A DNA stretch of 56,020 bases from Gammaproteobacteria bacterium (GCA_050740755.1 JBOIDT010000002.1:1-56020), one strand, 5' to 3'. Shown: positions 7,518 to 16,615, counted from the first letter of the stretch. Notes: a model not told the origin generated them from the sequence alone. Made by a program: numbers and translations.

Positions 7518-9749
7518 ATGGCGGCGAACGCCAGCCGGCCGGCACGTCGCCGGTCGCCACGCCGGATAACGACGATTGCCGCCCGCTGGTGGGTCGCGGT
7601 GTGCCTGGGCGTCGTCGCGCTCTCTGCGTGTACGACTGTGTCGCGGCGCGCGCAGCCACCGCCGCCTCGGCCGGCCACCGCCGCCCCGCCGGCCGAGGCC
7701 GGGAGGACCCCCGCGCCGGCGATGACCGAGATCACGCTCGAAGACGAGGACAAGAAGCCGCCGCGTCCTGATATCGAGTTGTACCCCGGCACCGGGACCT
7801 TCGTGAATCCGAAGGCGGCGGTGCCACGCCCGGCAGGTACGGGCGGGGAATACACGCTCAACTTCGAGGCCACCGATCTCCAGGAGGTCGTCAAGGCGGT
7901 GCTCGGCGATCTCCTCAAGGAGAGCTATTTCATCGACCCCAAGGTGACCGGTCAGGTCACCATCCAGACCAGCCGGCCGCTCAAACGCGCCGAGCTGCTC
8001 CCCACCCTCGAGAACCTGCTGCGCCTGAACGGGGCGGTGCTGCTGCGTTCCGACGGGCTCTACAAGGTCATGCCGGGGCCCCAGGCGACGCGCGGCTCGC
8101 CCCCGGCCTCGGTGCAGCGCGTCGCGGCGGCGCGGGGGTATGGGATCCGGGTCGTGCCGCTGCGGTATATCTCGGCCCGCGAGCTGCACAAGCTCATCGA
8201 GCCGTTCCTGCCCCCGGATGCGCCCCAGATCGTGGACGAGCAGCGCAATTTGTTGATCCTGACGGGCACCGAGCAGGAGCTCGAGTCCACCCTGGAGCTC
8301 GTGGAGATCTTCGATGTGGACTGGCTGAACGGCATGTCGGTCGGTCTCTTCAAGCTCAAGGACGCCGAGGTGAAGACCCTGCACGCGGAGATGGAGAAGA
8401 TCTTCGGGGACAAGGACAGCCCGGTCTCCGGGGTGGTGCGCATGGTCCCCGTGGAGCGCCTCAATGCCCTCCTGGTCGTGACCTCCCGGCCCGGATATCT
8501 GGAACACGCCCGCGAATGGGTCGAGCGCCTGGACCAGGTCGCGGACGCGGTGGGACCGCGGCTCTTCGTGTACCGGGTGCAGAACGGCAAGGCCGCGGAC
8601 CTCGCGACCGTCCTCGGCGGGATCTTCGGCGCCGAGGCGACGCGGGAAGGCGGACCGCCCGCGGCCGAGCTCGCCCCCGGCGAGGAGCCCACCACCCTGG
8701 ACAGCGGCAACCCGAGCACCTCGGAGCGCGAGGGAGGGCTGGGTGAGGAGGCCGGGTTCGGAAAGCGCGGCGGCGGGCGTTCCAAGGAGCCGGCGGTGTC
8801 CGTGGTCTCGACCGAGAACCTCAAGATCATCGCCGACGAGTCCACCAACTCGCTCGTGATCCTGGCGCGGACCCAGGACTACAAGATGATCGAGACGGCG
8901 CTCAGGAACCTGGACGTGGTACCCCTGCAGGTCCTGATCGAGGCGAAGGTCATCGAGGTGACCCTGACCGACACCCTGAGCTACGGGGTCGAGTGGTTCT
9001 TCAGGAACGAGACCCCAGGCGGGGGCAGGGCCGAGGGGGCGTTCGACCTGTCGGGTATTGTGGGTCGTGCAGCCAGGACTGGGGTAGCGGGTCCAGCTGG
9101 TTTTTCCTATGCGTTGTTTGACGACCTTAACAGGGTCAGGGCCGTCATCACCGCCATAGCCGACCAGACCAAGCTCGATGTGCTATCCTCGCCGTCGGTG
9201 ATGGTGCTGGACAACCAAACGGCGACGATAGAGGTGGTCGATGAGGTGTCGGTCACCACGCAGCAGAATATACCGGTAGAGCAGAACCAGGCTACCCTCA
9301 ACCAACTCCAGTCCACCGAATTCAAGGACGTCGGCGTGATCCTCGAGGTTACGCCGCGCGTCAACCTCGGCGGACGCATCACCCTCGACCTCAGCCAGGA
9401 AGTTTCCGAAATCAATACCGCCGTGGACCCTAGAACACAGCCTGGCGGAAACCAGGCGTTCATCAAACGCAAGATCGAGAGCACCGTCACCGTCCAGAGC
9501 GGCGAGACCCTCGTGCTCGGCGGCTTGATCAGCGAGAACAAGAGCAATACCGACACCGGTATCCCTTTCCTCAAGGATATGCCCGTGCTCGGCGGCCTGT
9601 TCAGCAGGACGTCGGATAACACTGACCGCACGGAGCTTATACTCCTCTTGACCCCCAAGGCCGTGCGCGATCAGAGCGAGGCGCGCGCCGTAACCAAGGA
9701 GTTCCGGCAGCGCCTCAAGGAGCTGGAGGCGGTTCGGCCCGGGGGCTAG
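7518..9749 (+). CDS. gspD: Type II secretion-type secretin (GspD family) with a lipoprotein-like signal peptide
   Basis: N-domains (LNALLVVTSRPGYLEHAREWVERLD) and a secretin domain (VLSSPSVMVLDNQTATIEVVDEVSV, TLVLGGLISE...GIPFLKDMPVLGGLF). N-terminal WWVAVCLGVVALSAC. The start could also be 7446. Confidence 0.85.
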   Translation: MAANASRPARRRSPRRITTIAARWWVAVCLGVVALSACTTVSRRAQPPPPRPATAAPPAEAGRTPAPAMTEITLEDEDKKPPRPDIELYPGTGTFVNPKAAVPRPAGTGGEYTLNFEATDLQEVVKAVLGDLLKESYFIDPKVTGQVTIQTSRPLKRAELLPTLENLLRLNGAVLLRSDGLYKVMPGPQATRGSPPASVQRVAAARGYGIRVVPLRYISARELHKLIEPFLPPDAPQIVDEQRNLLILTGTEQELESTLELVEIFDVDWLNGMSVGLFKLKDAEVKTLHAEMEKIFGDKDSPVSGVVRMVPVERLNALLVVTSRPGYLEHAREWVERLDQVADAVGPRLFVYRVQNGKAADLATVLGGIFGAEATREGGPPAAELAPGEEPTTLDSGNPSTSEREGGLGEEAGFGKRGGGRSKEPAVSVVSTENLKIIADESTNSLVILARTQDYKMIETALRNLDVVPLQVLIEAKVIEVTLTDTLSYGVEWFFRNETPGGGRAEGAFDLSGIVGRAARTGVAGPAGFSYALFDDLNRVRAVITAIADQTKLDVLSSPSVMVLDNQTATIEVVDEVSVTTQQNIPVEQNQATLNQLQSTEFKDVGVILEVTPRVNLGGRITLDLSQEVSEINTAVDPRTQPGGNQAFIKRKIESTVTVQSGETLVLGGLISENKSNTDTGIPFLKDMPVLGGLFSRTSDNTDRTELILLLTPKAVRDQSEARAVTKEFRQRLKELEAVRPGG

Positions 9750-9769
9750 GGAGCCTGCGACCCGCCGGA

Positions 9770-9970
9770 CCCCCACCCCCACCCGCCCCCGCTCCGCAGG
9801 TCCGCAGGAGAGGGAGCCCGGAGACTCCCTCCCCTGTCCACGCTTTTTGTGGACGGGGGAGGGTGGGGTGGGGGCCAGGCGCGACGTTCGCTGACCAAGC
9901 CCGTTCCCCGCCGCAGCGCCTTCTCCCCCACCCTACCCCTTGTCCCCCAGCGCGGGGAAGGGTCAGGGGG
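9770..9970. repeat. GC-rich nested inverted repeats with G-tract/C-tract (G-quadruplex-type) motifs
   Basis: 9770-9792 (CCCCCACCCCCACCCGCCCCCG) is the near reverse complement of 9854-9876 (CGGGGGAGGGTGGGGTGGGGG). Inner hairpins are GAGGGAG/CTCCCTC and GTCCAC-GCTTTTT-GTGGAC. A second C-tract/G-tract pair lies at 9936-9970. Confidence 0.6.
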
Positions 9971-10179
9971 GTAACGCCACCGTCACAGATTGTCCTATAC
10001 TCACGCCCGCCAGCGGGCGTGCAGTTCCGGGGCACAAGAACCATATCGCGCGTGCCGTCCATCGTTCCCCGACATCATCCCCCGATCTCATTCAGGGGCT
10101 TGCGTCCCGGGTCGTCCTCGGGGCGAAGGGCGGATCGGTACATCACCCGCGATCCAGACCGATCGTTGGAGGGCTTTGC

Positions 10180-11592
10180 ATGACACCGAAAGAAGTGATG
10201 GACCTTATCAAAGGCAAGAACATCGAGATCGTGGACCTCAAGTTCCAGGACTTTCCGGGGACCTGGCAGCACTTCTCGATCCCGATCAGCGAGGTGACAC
10301 CCGACATCTTCGACGAGGGGCTGGGCTTCGACGGCTCCAGCATCCGCGGCTGGCAGGCCATTCACGCGAGCGACATGATGGTCGTGCCCGACCCGGTGAC
10401 CGCCATCGTCGACCCCTTCACGGAACGGCCTACCCTCTCCATGATCTGCAACATCGTGGACCCGGTGACCCGCGAGCGCTATTCACGCGATCCGCGCTAC
10501 GTCGCCGACAAGGCGGAAAGCTATCTCAAGAGCACCGGCATCGGCGACATCGCCTACTTCGGACCGGAGGCTGAGTTCTTCATCTTCGATGGCGTGCGCT
10601 TCGATCAGAACGCCCATTGTGGCTTTTACTATGTCGAGTCGGAGGAGGGGATCTGGGAGTCGGGCAGCGACCGGGGCCCCAACCTCGGGCACAAACCCCG
10701 CCACAAGGAGGGCTATTTCCCCGTCGCCCCCGTCGATTCGCAGCAGGACATCCGCACCGAGATGATCCTCGAGATGGAGAAGGCCGGCATCCATGTGGAG
10801 AAGCACCACCACGAGGTGGCGACGGCCGGGCAGGCGGAGATCGATCTCCGCTACGACTCCCTCACCCGCATGGCCGACAAGATGATGCTCTACAAGTACA
10901 TCACCAAGAACGTGGCGCTGCGCTACGGCAAGACCGTGACCTTCATGCCCAAGCCCATTTTTGGCGACAACGGCTCGGGGATGCACACCCACCAGAGCAT
11001 CTGGAAGGACGGGCAGCCGCTCTTCGCCGGCAACAAGTACGCCGGGATCAGCGATCTGTGCCTGCATTACATCGGCGGGATCCTGAAGCATGCGCCGGCC
11101 CTGTGCGCGTTCGTGGCCCCCACCACCAACTCCTACAAGCGCCTGGTGCCGGGATTCGAGGCGCCCGTCAACCTGGCCTATTCCTCGCGCAATCGATCGG
11201 CGGGGGTCCGCATACCGCTCTATTCGCCGAGCCCCAAGGCCAAGCGCATCGAGGTGCGGTTCCCCGATCCGTCCTGCAACCCCTATCTCGCCTTCGCGGC
11301 GATGTTGCTGGCGGGGATCGACGGCATCGAAAACAAGATCGACCCGGGCGAGCCGCTCGACAAGAACCTCTACGACCTGCCCCCCGAGGAGCTCGCGAAG
11401 GTCCCGAGCTGTCCAGCCTCACTGGAGGCCTCGCTCGGCGCCCTGGAGCGCGACCATGAGTTTTTGACCAAGGGCAATGTGTTCACGCAGGACGTCATCG
11501 ACACCTGGCTCGACTACAAGCGCACCAAGGAGTGCGATCCCGTGCGCCTGCGTCCCCACCCCCACGAGTTCGCCCTCTACTACGATTGCTAA
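10180..11592 (+). CDS. glnA: Glutamine synthetase type I
   Basis: [35 protein letters not shown]..., 470 aa of full-length GlnA-like sequence. GGAGGG precedes the ATG at 10180. Confidence 0.95.
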   Translation: MTPKEVMDLIKGKNIEIVDLKFQDFPGTWQHFSIPISEVTPDIFDEGLGFDGSSIRGWQAIHASDMMVVPDPVTAIVDPFTERPTLSMICNIVDPVTRERYSRDPRYVADKAESYLKSTGIGDIAYFGPEAEFFIFDGVRFDQNAHCGFYYVESEEGIWESGSDRGPNLGHKPRHKEGYFPVAPVDSQQDIRTEMILEMEKAGIHVEKHHHEVATAGQAEIDLRYDSLTRMADKMMLYKYITKNVALRYGKTVTFMPKPIFGDNGSGMHTHQSIWKDGQPLFAGNKYAGISDLCLHYIGGILKHAPALCAFVAPTTNSYKRLVPGFEAPVNLAYSSRNRSAGVRIPLYSPSPKAKRIEVRFPDPSCNPYLAFAAMLLAGIDGIENKIDPGEPLDKNLYDLPPEELAKVPSCPASLEASLGALERDHEFLTKGNVFTQDVIDTWLDYKRTKECDPVRLRPHPHEFALYYDC

Positions 11593-11702
11593 CTGCGGGC
11601 GATTGCTAACTGCGGGCGATTGCTAACTGCGGGCGATTGCTAACTGCGGGCGATTGCTAACGGCAGGCGATTGCTGACGGCGGGCCACTGCTAGCCGCGG
11701 GT
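11584..11702. repeat. 17-bp tandem repeat (GATTGCTAACTGCGGGC), about 7 copies with the last 2-3 degenerate, starting in the last three codons of glnA
   Basis: Read directly: four exact units at 11584-11651, then GATTGCTAACGGCAGGC, GATTGCTGACGGCGGGC and CACTGCTAGCCGCGGGT. Confidence 0.9.
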
Positions 11703-11714
11703 CGGCAAGCCGAC

Positions 11715-11750
11715 GCCACCTCCGCCTGCGGGCGGAGGTGGCGTTTCGGC
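11715..11750 (+). terminator. Putative glnA terminator hairpin
   Basis: GCCACCTCCGCC-TGCG-GGCGGAGGTGGC is a perfect 12-bp stem followed by GTTTCGG. The U-tract is weak. Confidence 0.45.
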
Positions 11751-11763
11751 GTGCTTAAAGGTA

Positions 11764-12249
11764 ATGTGCCAGAGCACGCAGGACCCCATCATGAGCGACG
11801 ACGTCACCGAAGAGGCCCCCCCCTGGGATACCCCGATTGCGGTGACCTTGACCCCCGAGACCATTATGAACACGGTGTTCTCCTCGGCGGGGAGCGTCCA
11901 CACCGGGTGGGAGTCGTGCGTCGACGATGCGCTGGTGGTCGAGGAGACGGTGGTCGCCGATGAGGCGAGCGCCGACCACTGCCGCCTGGCCCAGCAGGAA
12001 TACGCCGATTCCGATGCGGCCGACGACACCTGGCACGACTGGACCATCGAGCTGCGGCTGGGGACCGTCTACGTCATGGCCCACTGGCGGGCGCGCGCGC
12101 CGGGCAGCCCCGCGGATTGGGACTGGTGCGCGGCCGAGGCCGAGCAGGCCTTCATGAACGCCTGCGTCCTGCTCGGCAGGCGCGTCCGACGCGGGCTCCT
12201 CGTGGACATGCCGCCGCACACGGACCGCCCCTCGCGCACCCGGCACTGA
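11764..12249 (+). CDS. Hypothetical acidic protein
   Basis: ORF with high third-position GC typical of coding sequence here. No family recognised. The start may be the internal ATG at 11791. Confidence 0.4.
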   Translation: MCQSTQDPIMSDDVTEEAPPWDTPIAVTLTPETIMNTVFSSAGSVHTGWESCVDDALVVEETVVADEASADHCRLAQQEYADSDAADDTWHDWTIELRLGTVYVMAHWRARAPGSPADWDWCAAEAEQAFMNACVLLGRRVRRGLLVDMPPHTDRPSRTRH

Positions 12250-12405
12250 GCGCCCGGGGCCGCCCCGCTTGCACGTGTTCCTCACGCACCACACGGTGGA
12301 CTTCAGGTAGCGAGCGACACGAAACGGTCCTGCGCTCGTAGAGGATCCCGGCACCGACTCCGCGCGCCGTGAGCCGCTCGCGCGCTGGCGAGGCCGCCGT
12401 CGCTA

Positions 12406-12435
12406 TTGACAAGCGCGCGTGACGTCGGAGATAGT
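12406..12435 (+). promoter_or_regulatory. Putative sigma70 promoter of the btuB leader
   Basis: TTGACA (12406-12411), an 18-nt spacer, then GATAGT (12430-12435). The same arrangement is conserved in the duplicated leader at 16120-16149. Confidence 0.4.
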
Positions 12436-12650
12436 GTGCCGGCTTCAGGTGTCCCGGAGGACCTTCGTCCGATGGGATGAAACGGGAAGCCGGTGCGCTC
12501 CGGGAATCGATCCGCGAGCAATGCTGGCGCTGCCCCCGCAACGGTAAGCAAGCAAAGGAGCGGCACTACGCCACTGTGCTACGGCATGGGAAGGCGCCGC
12601 CCCAGGGTCCCACCCGCTTGCGAGCCCGGAGACCGGCCTGAAGGGATTGC
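12425..12650 (+). promoter_or_regulatory. Cobalamin (B12) riboswitch, copy 1
   Basis: Conserved core elements GGGAAGCCGGTGCG, GCTGCCCCCGCAACGGTAAG, GCCACTG, GGGAAGGCG and the B12 box GAGCCCGGAGACCGGCC. Located upstream of a TonB-dependent receptor. Confidence 0.85.
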
Positions 12651-12773
12651 AATGGCATTGCGGAGGGTGATGCCGGGGCGCCCGGGCCATCGTTTCCACC
12701 TCCCGCTTTGCCCCCTTCCTCTGCGTGCCTTGCCCGAGCTTGCTGCGCGGGTGTGCGCGCGGAGGAGAAAATC

Positions 12774-14765
12774 ATGCGATTGCGCCGATTGCCGGCCGTC
12801 CTGCTGCCCCTGGGTCCCCTGTCTTATTGCCCCCTATCTTGTACCCCCGTCTTCGCCGCCGAAGAGCCGGTCGAGCTGGATCCGATCATCGTCACCGCCA
12901 CCCGGCTCGAGACGCCTCTCGATCAGATCCCCGCTTCGGTGTCCGTGGTGGAAGGCGAGGACATCGAACGCGAGCAGGTCGCGGATACGCTCGAGGTCCT
13001 GCGCGACATCCCGGGATTCACCATCGTGCAGAGCGGGAGCCGCGGCGGCGCGACCTCGCTCTTCGTCCGAGGCGGCGAGTCGGACTACAATCAAGTCTTG
13101 ATCGACGGCGTCAAGGTGAACCAGGCGGGAGGCTTTTTCGATTTCTCGGACCTCACGACCGACGGGGTCGAGCGCATCGAGATCGTGCGCGGGCCGCAGA
13201 GCGCGCTCTACGGCTCGGACGCGATCACCTCGGTGGTGCAGCTCTTCACCCGCCGCGGCGACGGGCCACTAGCCGCTCGCTTCGGCTTCGCCGGCGGCGA
13301 GTTCGAGACCTTCGAGGAGCATGGCGGGATCTCGGGTGGCACCGAGCGCTACGGCTACGCTGTCGATGTCGGACGCATCGACACCGACGGGATCCTCGAC
13401 TTCAACAATCGCTATGGGAACACGACCGTCGCCTCGCGTTTCGATTGGAGCCCGATCGAGACGCTCGACCTCACGACCACGGTGCGCTACAACGACTCGC
13501 GCTTCGAGACACCGAGCGAAATCGCGGGAGATCGGTTCCCGCCGCTCGATCCGAACCAGTTCACGGAGCGGGACAGGCTGATCGTCGGGCCGCGCGCGGT
13601 TTGGAACCCCGTTCCCTGGTGGCGCCACTCTCTCCAGCTCGGGTTCTACCACGAGGATTTTACTTTCGACGATCCCTTGGATACACGCGTCGATATCGGA
13701 TCCTCCCAAAGCGACACGACCCAGGAGCGCCTGTCGGCCGATTACAATTCGACTTTTTTCCTGCCGTCCTTCGCCGGCATCGCGCCGACCGTGACGCTCG
13801 GGGGCTATGGAGAGGCGGAGTCCTTCGAACAGGACTCGCTGTTCCTGTTTCCGGGTTTTAGATTGTCGGACCGCGCCGACGAGACTCGGAATGCGGGGGC
13901 CTTTTATTCGCAGATGATCCTCGACTGGCAAGAGCGGGTGACGCTGATCGCCGGCTTCCGGCTCGATGAAAGCTCGACCTACGGCACCGAGGTGAACCCG
14001 CGAGTCGGGCTCTCCTATCGCCTCCCGGGGACCGAGACCAAGCTCCGCGCGAGCTACGGGACCGGAATCAAGAACCCGACCTTCTTCGAGAACTTCGGCA
14101 GGACGCAGTTCGGGAGGGGTGACGAAGACCTCGATCCCGAGCGCTCGGAGAGCTGGGAGGTCGGCGTCGACCAGCCGCTGCCCTTAAGCGATTATCCGGT
14201 CGAGGTGTCCGCGACGTACTTCTCCTCGGATTTCGACGACCTGATCAGCTTCATCCCGCAGAGTGATCCTAACGATATCGCCTTGTTCAACATCCAGGAG
14301 GCACAGAGCCGCGGCGTCGAGGTCGGTTTGCGGATCGTGACCCCGATCGGCATCGGCCTCCGCGGCAGCTATACCTATCTCGACACCGAAGTGGTCGACT
14401 CCGGCCCATCGGGGGGCACGCTGTTCGTCGAGGGCGAGCCGCTCCTGCGCCGCCCCGAGCATTCCGGCGCCTTCACCCTCGACTATTCCGCCGACCGCTG
14501 GACGGCCAGCTTCAACCTGAGCATCAAGGGAAGCTCGATCGACCGCGATTTCAACGCCGACCCGGGCGGCGCCCGTGTCGGCCTCGACGGATACACGAAG
14601 GCCGACGTCGCCCTCGCTTATCGCCTGATCGAGAACCAGTTCGGCATGGAGTCCTTCTCGATCACCGCCAAGGGTCAGAATATATTTGACGAGGACTACG
14701 AGGAGGCGTTCGGCTTCTCGACCGCGGGGGCGAGCTTCCTGATCGGCTTCCGCGCCGAGATGTGA
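12774..14765 (+). CDS. btuB: TonB-dependent vitamin B12/corrinoid outer-membrane receptor
   Basis: GGAGGA precedes the ATG at 12774. Signal peptide, TonB box DPIIVTATR, plug and barrel motifs, C-terminal ...FLIGFRAEM. Sits under a cobalamin riboswitch. Confidence 0.9.
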   Translation: MRLRRLPAVLLPLGPLSYCPLSCTPVFAAEEPVELDPIIVTATRLETPLDQIPASVSVVEGEDIEREQVADTLEVLRDIPGFTIVQSGSRGGATSLFVRGGESDYNQVLIDGVKVNQAGGFFDFSDLTTDGVERIEIVRGPQSALYGSDAITSVVQLFTRRGDGPLAARFGFAGGEFETFEEHGGISGGTERYGYAVDVGRIDTDGILDFNNRYGNTTVASRFDWSPIETLDLTTTVRYNDSRFETPSEIAGDRFPPLDPNQFTERDRLIVGPRAVWNPVPWWRHSLQLGFYHEDFTFDDPLDTRVDIGSSQSDTTQERLSADYNSTFFLPSFAGIAPTVTLGGYGEAESFEQDSLFLFPGFRLSDRADETRNAGAFYSQMILDWQERVTLIAGFRLDESSTYGTEVNPRVGLSYRLPGTETKLRASYGTGIKNPTFFENFGRTQFGRGDEDLDPERSESWEVGVDQPLPLSDYPVEVSATYFSSDFDDLISFIPQSDPNDIALFNIQEAQSRGVEVGLRIVTPIGIGLRGSYTYLDTEVVDSGPSGGTLFVEGEPLLRRPEHSGAFTLDYSADRWTASFNLSIKGSSIDRDFNADPGGARVGLDGYTKADVALAYRLIENQFGMESFSITAKGQNIFDEDYEEAFGFSTAGASFLIGFRAEM

Positions 14766-14861
14766 GAACAGCTACGACAACATCAGCTTGTTCGTGACCC
14801 TAGAGGACCGACCGGATAGACTGTGACCCCAAGTGATACCCACCGCAAGAGGAAGAAACCC

Positions 14862-15446
14862 ATGATCGACAAGACCATCCGCCACACCGCTCTTATCGCC
14901 ATAGCCCTGGCCCTCTGCATGGCCGCCACCCGCAGCGAACACTTCGCAGGCGAATGGCACCTCCCCGATGCCTCCGCCGCGGTGTTCTTCCTCGCCGGGG
15001 TGTATCTGCGCCCGATGTGGATGCTGCCGGCCCTCTTGGTCGAGGCGGCGCTCATCGACTACCTCGCCATCGCCTTCGGCGGTGTGTCGAGCTTCTGCAT
15101 GAGCCCCGCTTACGGATTTCTCCTACCCGCTTACGGGGCGCTGTGGCTCGCCGGCCGCTGGTACGCGGTTCGCCATCGTTTTGCTTTCTCGACCTTGCTG
15201 CCCCTGGCCGCGAGCGTCGTCATCGGCGGCGTGGTGAGCGAGTTGTTTTCCAGCGGCGGCTTCTATTTCTTCTCCGGGCGTTTCGAGCCGAATCTCGCGG
15301 AATTCGGCACGCGGATCGTGAGATACTTCCCATCCTCCCTGGCCACGCTCGCGTTCTACGTCGCCGTCGCGGCGATCGTGCATGCCGCGCTCGGCGCCGT
15401 GCGCCTGTCGGGGGCGCGTGAAAGACGGGCGCTGGGCGGGAACTGA
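14862..15446 (+). CDS. Polytopic membrane protein, candidate BtuM-like (solitary ECF S-component-like) cobalamin transporter
   Basis: About 194 aa with about 6 hydrophobic helices. Lies between btuB and cobO in the riboswitch operon. Has a Cys near residue 79 (SSFCMSPAY). The family assignment is inferred from context and my recollection of BtuM, not from a search. Confidence 0.5.
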   Translation: MIDKTIRHTALIAIALALCMAATRSEHFAGEWHLPDASAAVFFLAGVYLRPMWMLPALLVEAALIDYLAIAFGGVSSFCMSPAYGFLLPAYGALWLAGRWYAVRHRFAFSTLLPLAASVVIGGVVSELFSSGGFYFFSGRFEPNLAEFGTRIVRYFPSSLATLAFYVAVAAIVHAALGAVRLSGARERRALGGN

Positions 15447-15451
15447 GAATC

Positions 15452-16069
15452 GTGGATCCCCCCATGGATCCCCTCGCCCGGGAAGAACGTCACCGGCTGC
15501 GCATGCAGCGCAAAAAGGCGGTCATCGACGCCGCCATCGCCCGCGCCTCCGCGGACAAGGGATTGCTCCTGGTCCTGACCGGCAACGGCAAGGGCAAGTC
15601 CAGCTCGGCCTTCGGCATGGTAGCGCGCGCCCTGGGGCACGGCATGAGAGTCGGGGTCGTCCAGTTCATCAAGGGGCGCATTCCGACCGGGGAGGCGGCG
15701 TTCCTCCGCCGCGTTCCCGATCTCGGGTACCACGTCATGGGTGAGGGCTATACCTGGGAGACCCAGGACCGCGGGCGCGATGGGGAGGCCGCTCGGGCGG
15801 CATGGCAGGTGTCGCGCCGGATGTTGCAGGACCCGGATCTCCATCTCGTGGTACTTGATGAGTTGACCCTGGTGCTGAAATATGGATATTTAAGCACGGA
15901 AGAGGTGCTGCATGATCTCGAGCTGCGCCCGCCGATGCAGCATGTCGTCGTCACCGGCCGCGGCGCCCCGGCCGGGTTGATCGAGGCCGCCGATACCGTG
16001 ACCGAGATGCGGGCGGTCAAGCACGCCTTCGAGGCCGGCGTCCGGGCCCAGAAGGGCATAGAGCTCTGA
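15452..16069 (+). CDS. cobO: Cob(I)yrinic acid a,c-diamide / cob(I)alamin adenosyltransferase
   Basis: LLLVLTGNGKGKSSSAFGM P-loop, VVQFIKG, LVVLDELT, VVTGR. CobO/BtuR family. The start is GTG 15452 or ATG 15464. Confidence 0.9.
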   Translation: MDPPMDPLAREERHRLRMQRKKAVIDAAIARASADKGLLLVLTGNGKGKSSSAFGMVARALGHGMRVGVVQFIKGRIPTGEAAFLRRVPDLGYHVMGEGYTWETQDRGRDGEAARAAWQVSRRMLQDPDLHLVVLDELTLVLKYGYLSTEEVLHDLELRPPMQHVVVTGRGAPAGLIEAADTVTEMRAVKHAFEAGVRAQKGIEL

Positions 16070-16118
16070 CCGCCCAAGGCGTTCGAGGTATGGGCACCCC
16101 GGCGGGGCCGTCATCGCT
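15986..16118. repeat. Direct repeat copy 1: 3' end of cobO plus downstream hairpin, repeated at 20130-20268
   Basis: By-eye alignment shows GCCGATACCGTGACCGAGATGC.GGC.GTCAAGCACGCCTTC.AGGC.GGC.TCCGGGCCCAGAA.GGCATAGA..T.CTGACCGCCCAAGGCGT...GGGCACCCC...CATCGCTA shared by both copies. Confidence 0.8.
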
Positions 16119-16119
16119 A

Positions 16120-16149
16120 TTGACAGGCGTGCGTTACGTCGGAGATAGT
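16120..16149 (+). promoter_or_regulatory. Putative sigma70 promoter, duplicate of the btuB leader promoter
   Basis: TTGACA (16120-16125), an 18-nt spacer, then GATAGT (16144-16149). Confidence 0.4.
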
Positions 16150-16372
16150 GTGCCGGCTTCAGGTGTCCCGGAGGACCTTCGTCCGATGGGATGAAACGGG
16201 AAGTCGGTGCGCTCCGGGGATCGATCCGCGAGCAATGCCGGCGCTGCCCCCGCAACGGTAAGCAAGCAAAGGAGCGGCACTACGCCACTGTGCTACGGCA
16301 TGGGAAGGCGCCGCCCCAGGGTACACACCCGCTTGCGAGCCCGGAGACCGGCCTGAAGGGTGTTGCAATGGC
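16140..16372 (+). promoter_or_regulatory. Cobalamin (B12) riboswitch, copy 2
   Basis: Nearly identical to copy 1, with about a dozen differences over about 290 nt by eye. All core elements and the B12 box GAGCCCGGAGACCGGCC (about 16337-16353) are retained. Confidence 0.85.
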
Positions 16373-16615
16373 ATTGCGGAGGGTGATGCCGGGGCGCCCA
16401 GGCCGTTATCTCTTTCCCGCCCCGCCGCCATTTCTCCGCGGGCCTTGCTCTGTGTACCGTTGTTGCGCGGGTGTGCGCGGCGGAAAAAACCTATGGTATT
16501 GCGCCGACTATCGGAGTCTCGAGGAGACCCACGATTCGAGCCACCGAGATCTACCGGGCCGAGTGACGCTGACCGCGGAGGAAATGGCGGGGCCGGAGGA
16601 CATGCGTGGAAGCTC

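Noticed and set aside
10166-10182. Sigma54-like TGG...TTGCA string before glnA
   Set aside because: The GG-to-GC spacing is two nucleotides short of the -24/-12 consensus. The element also overlaps the RBS and start codon, so it cannot be the promoter. I could not identify convincing NtrC sites by eye either.
11584-11702. Possible CRISPR array
   Set aside because: The units are directly abutting 17-mers with no spacers, and no cas genes are present. This is a simple tandem repeat.
12152-12541. 129-aa minus-strand ORF (MRGQRQHCSRIDSRSAP...), with a near-identical paralogue at 15890-16255
   Set aside because: The similarity exists only because both lie antisense to the duplicated cobalamin riboswitch. 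Composition is non-protein-like and there is no RBS.
16493-16615. Upstream ATG (homologous to the btuB start) as the porin start codon
   Set aside because: Codon usage over these 41 codons is atypical (gta, cta, tct, cga, aga, agt), and it would place about 40 residues before the signal peptide. The TTG at 16616 gives a canonical signal peptide. The ATG is retained as an alternative because the riboswitch platform was built around it.
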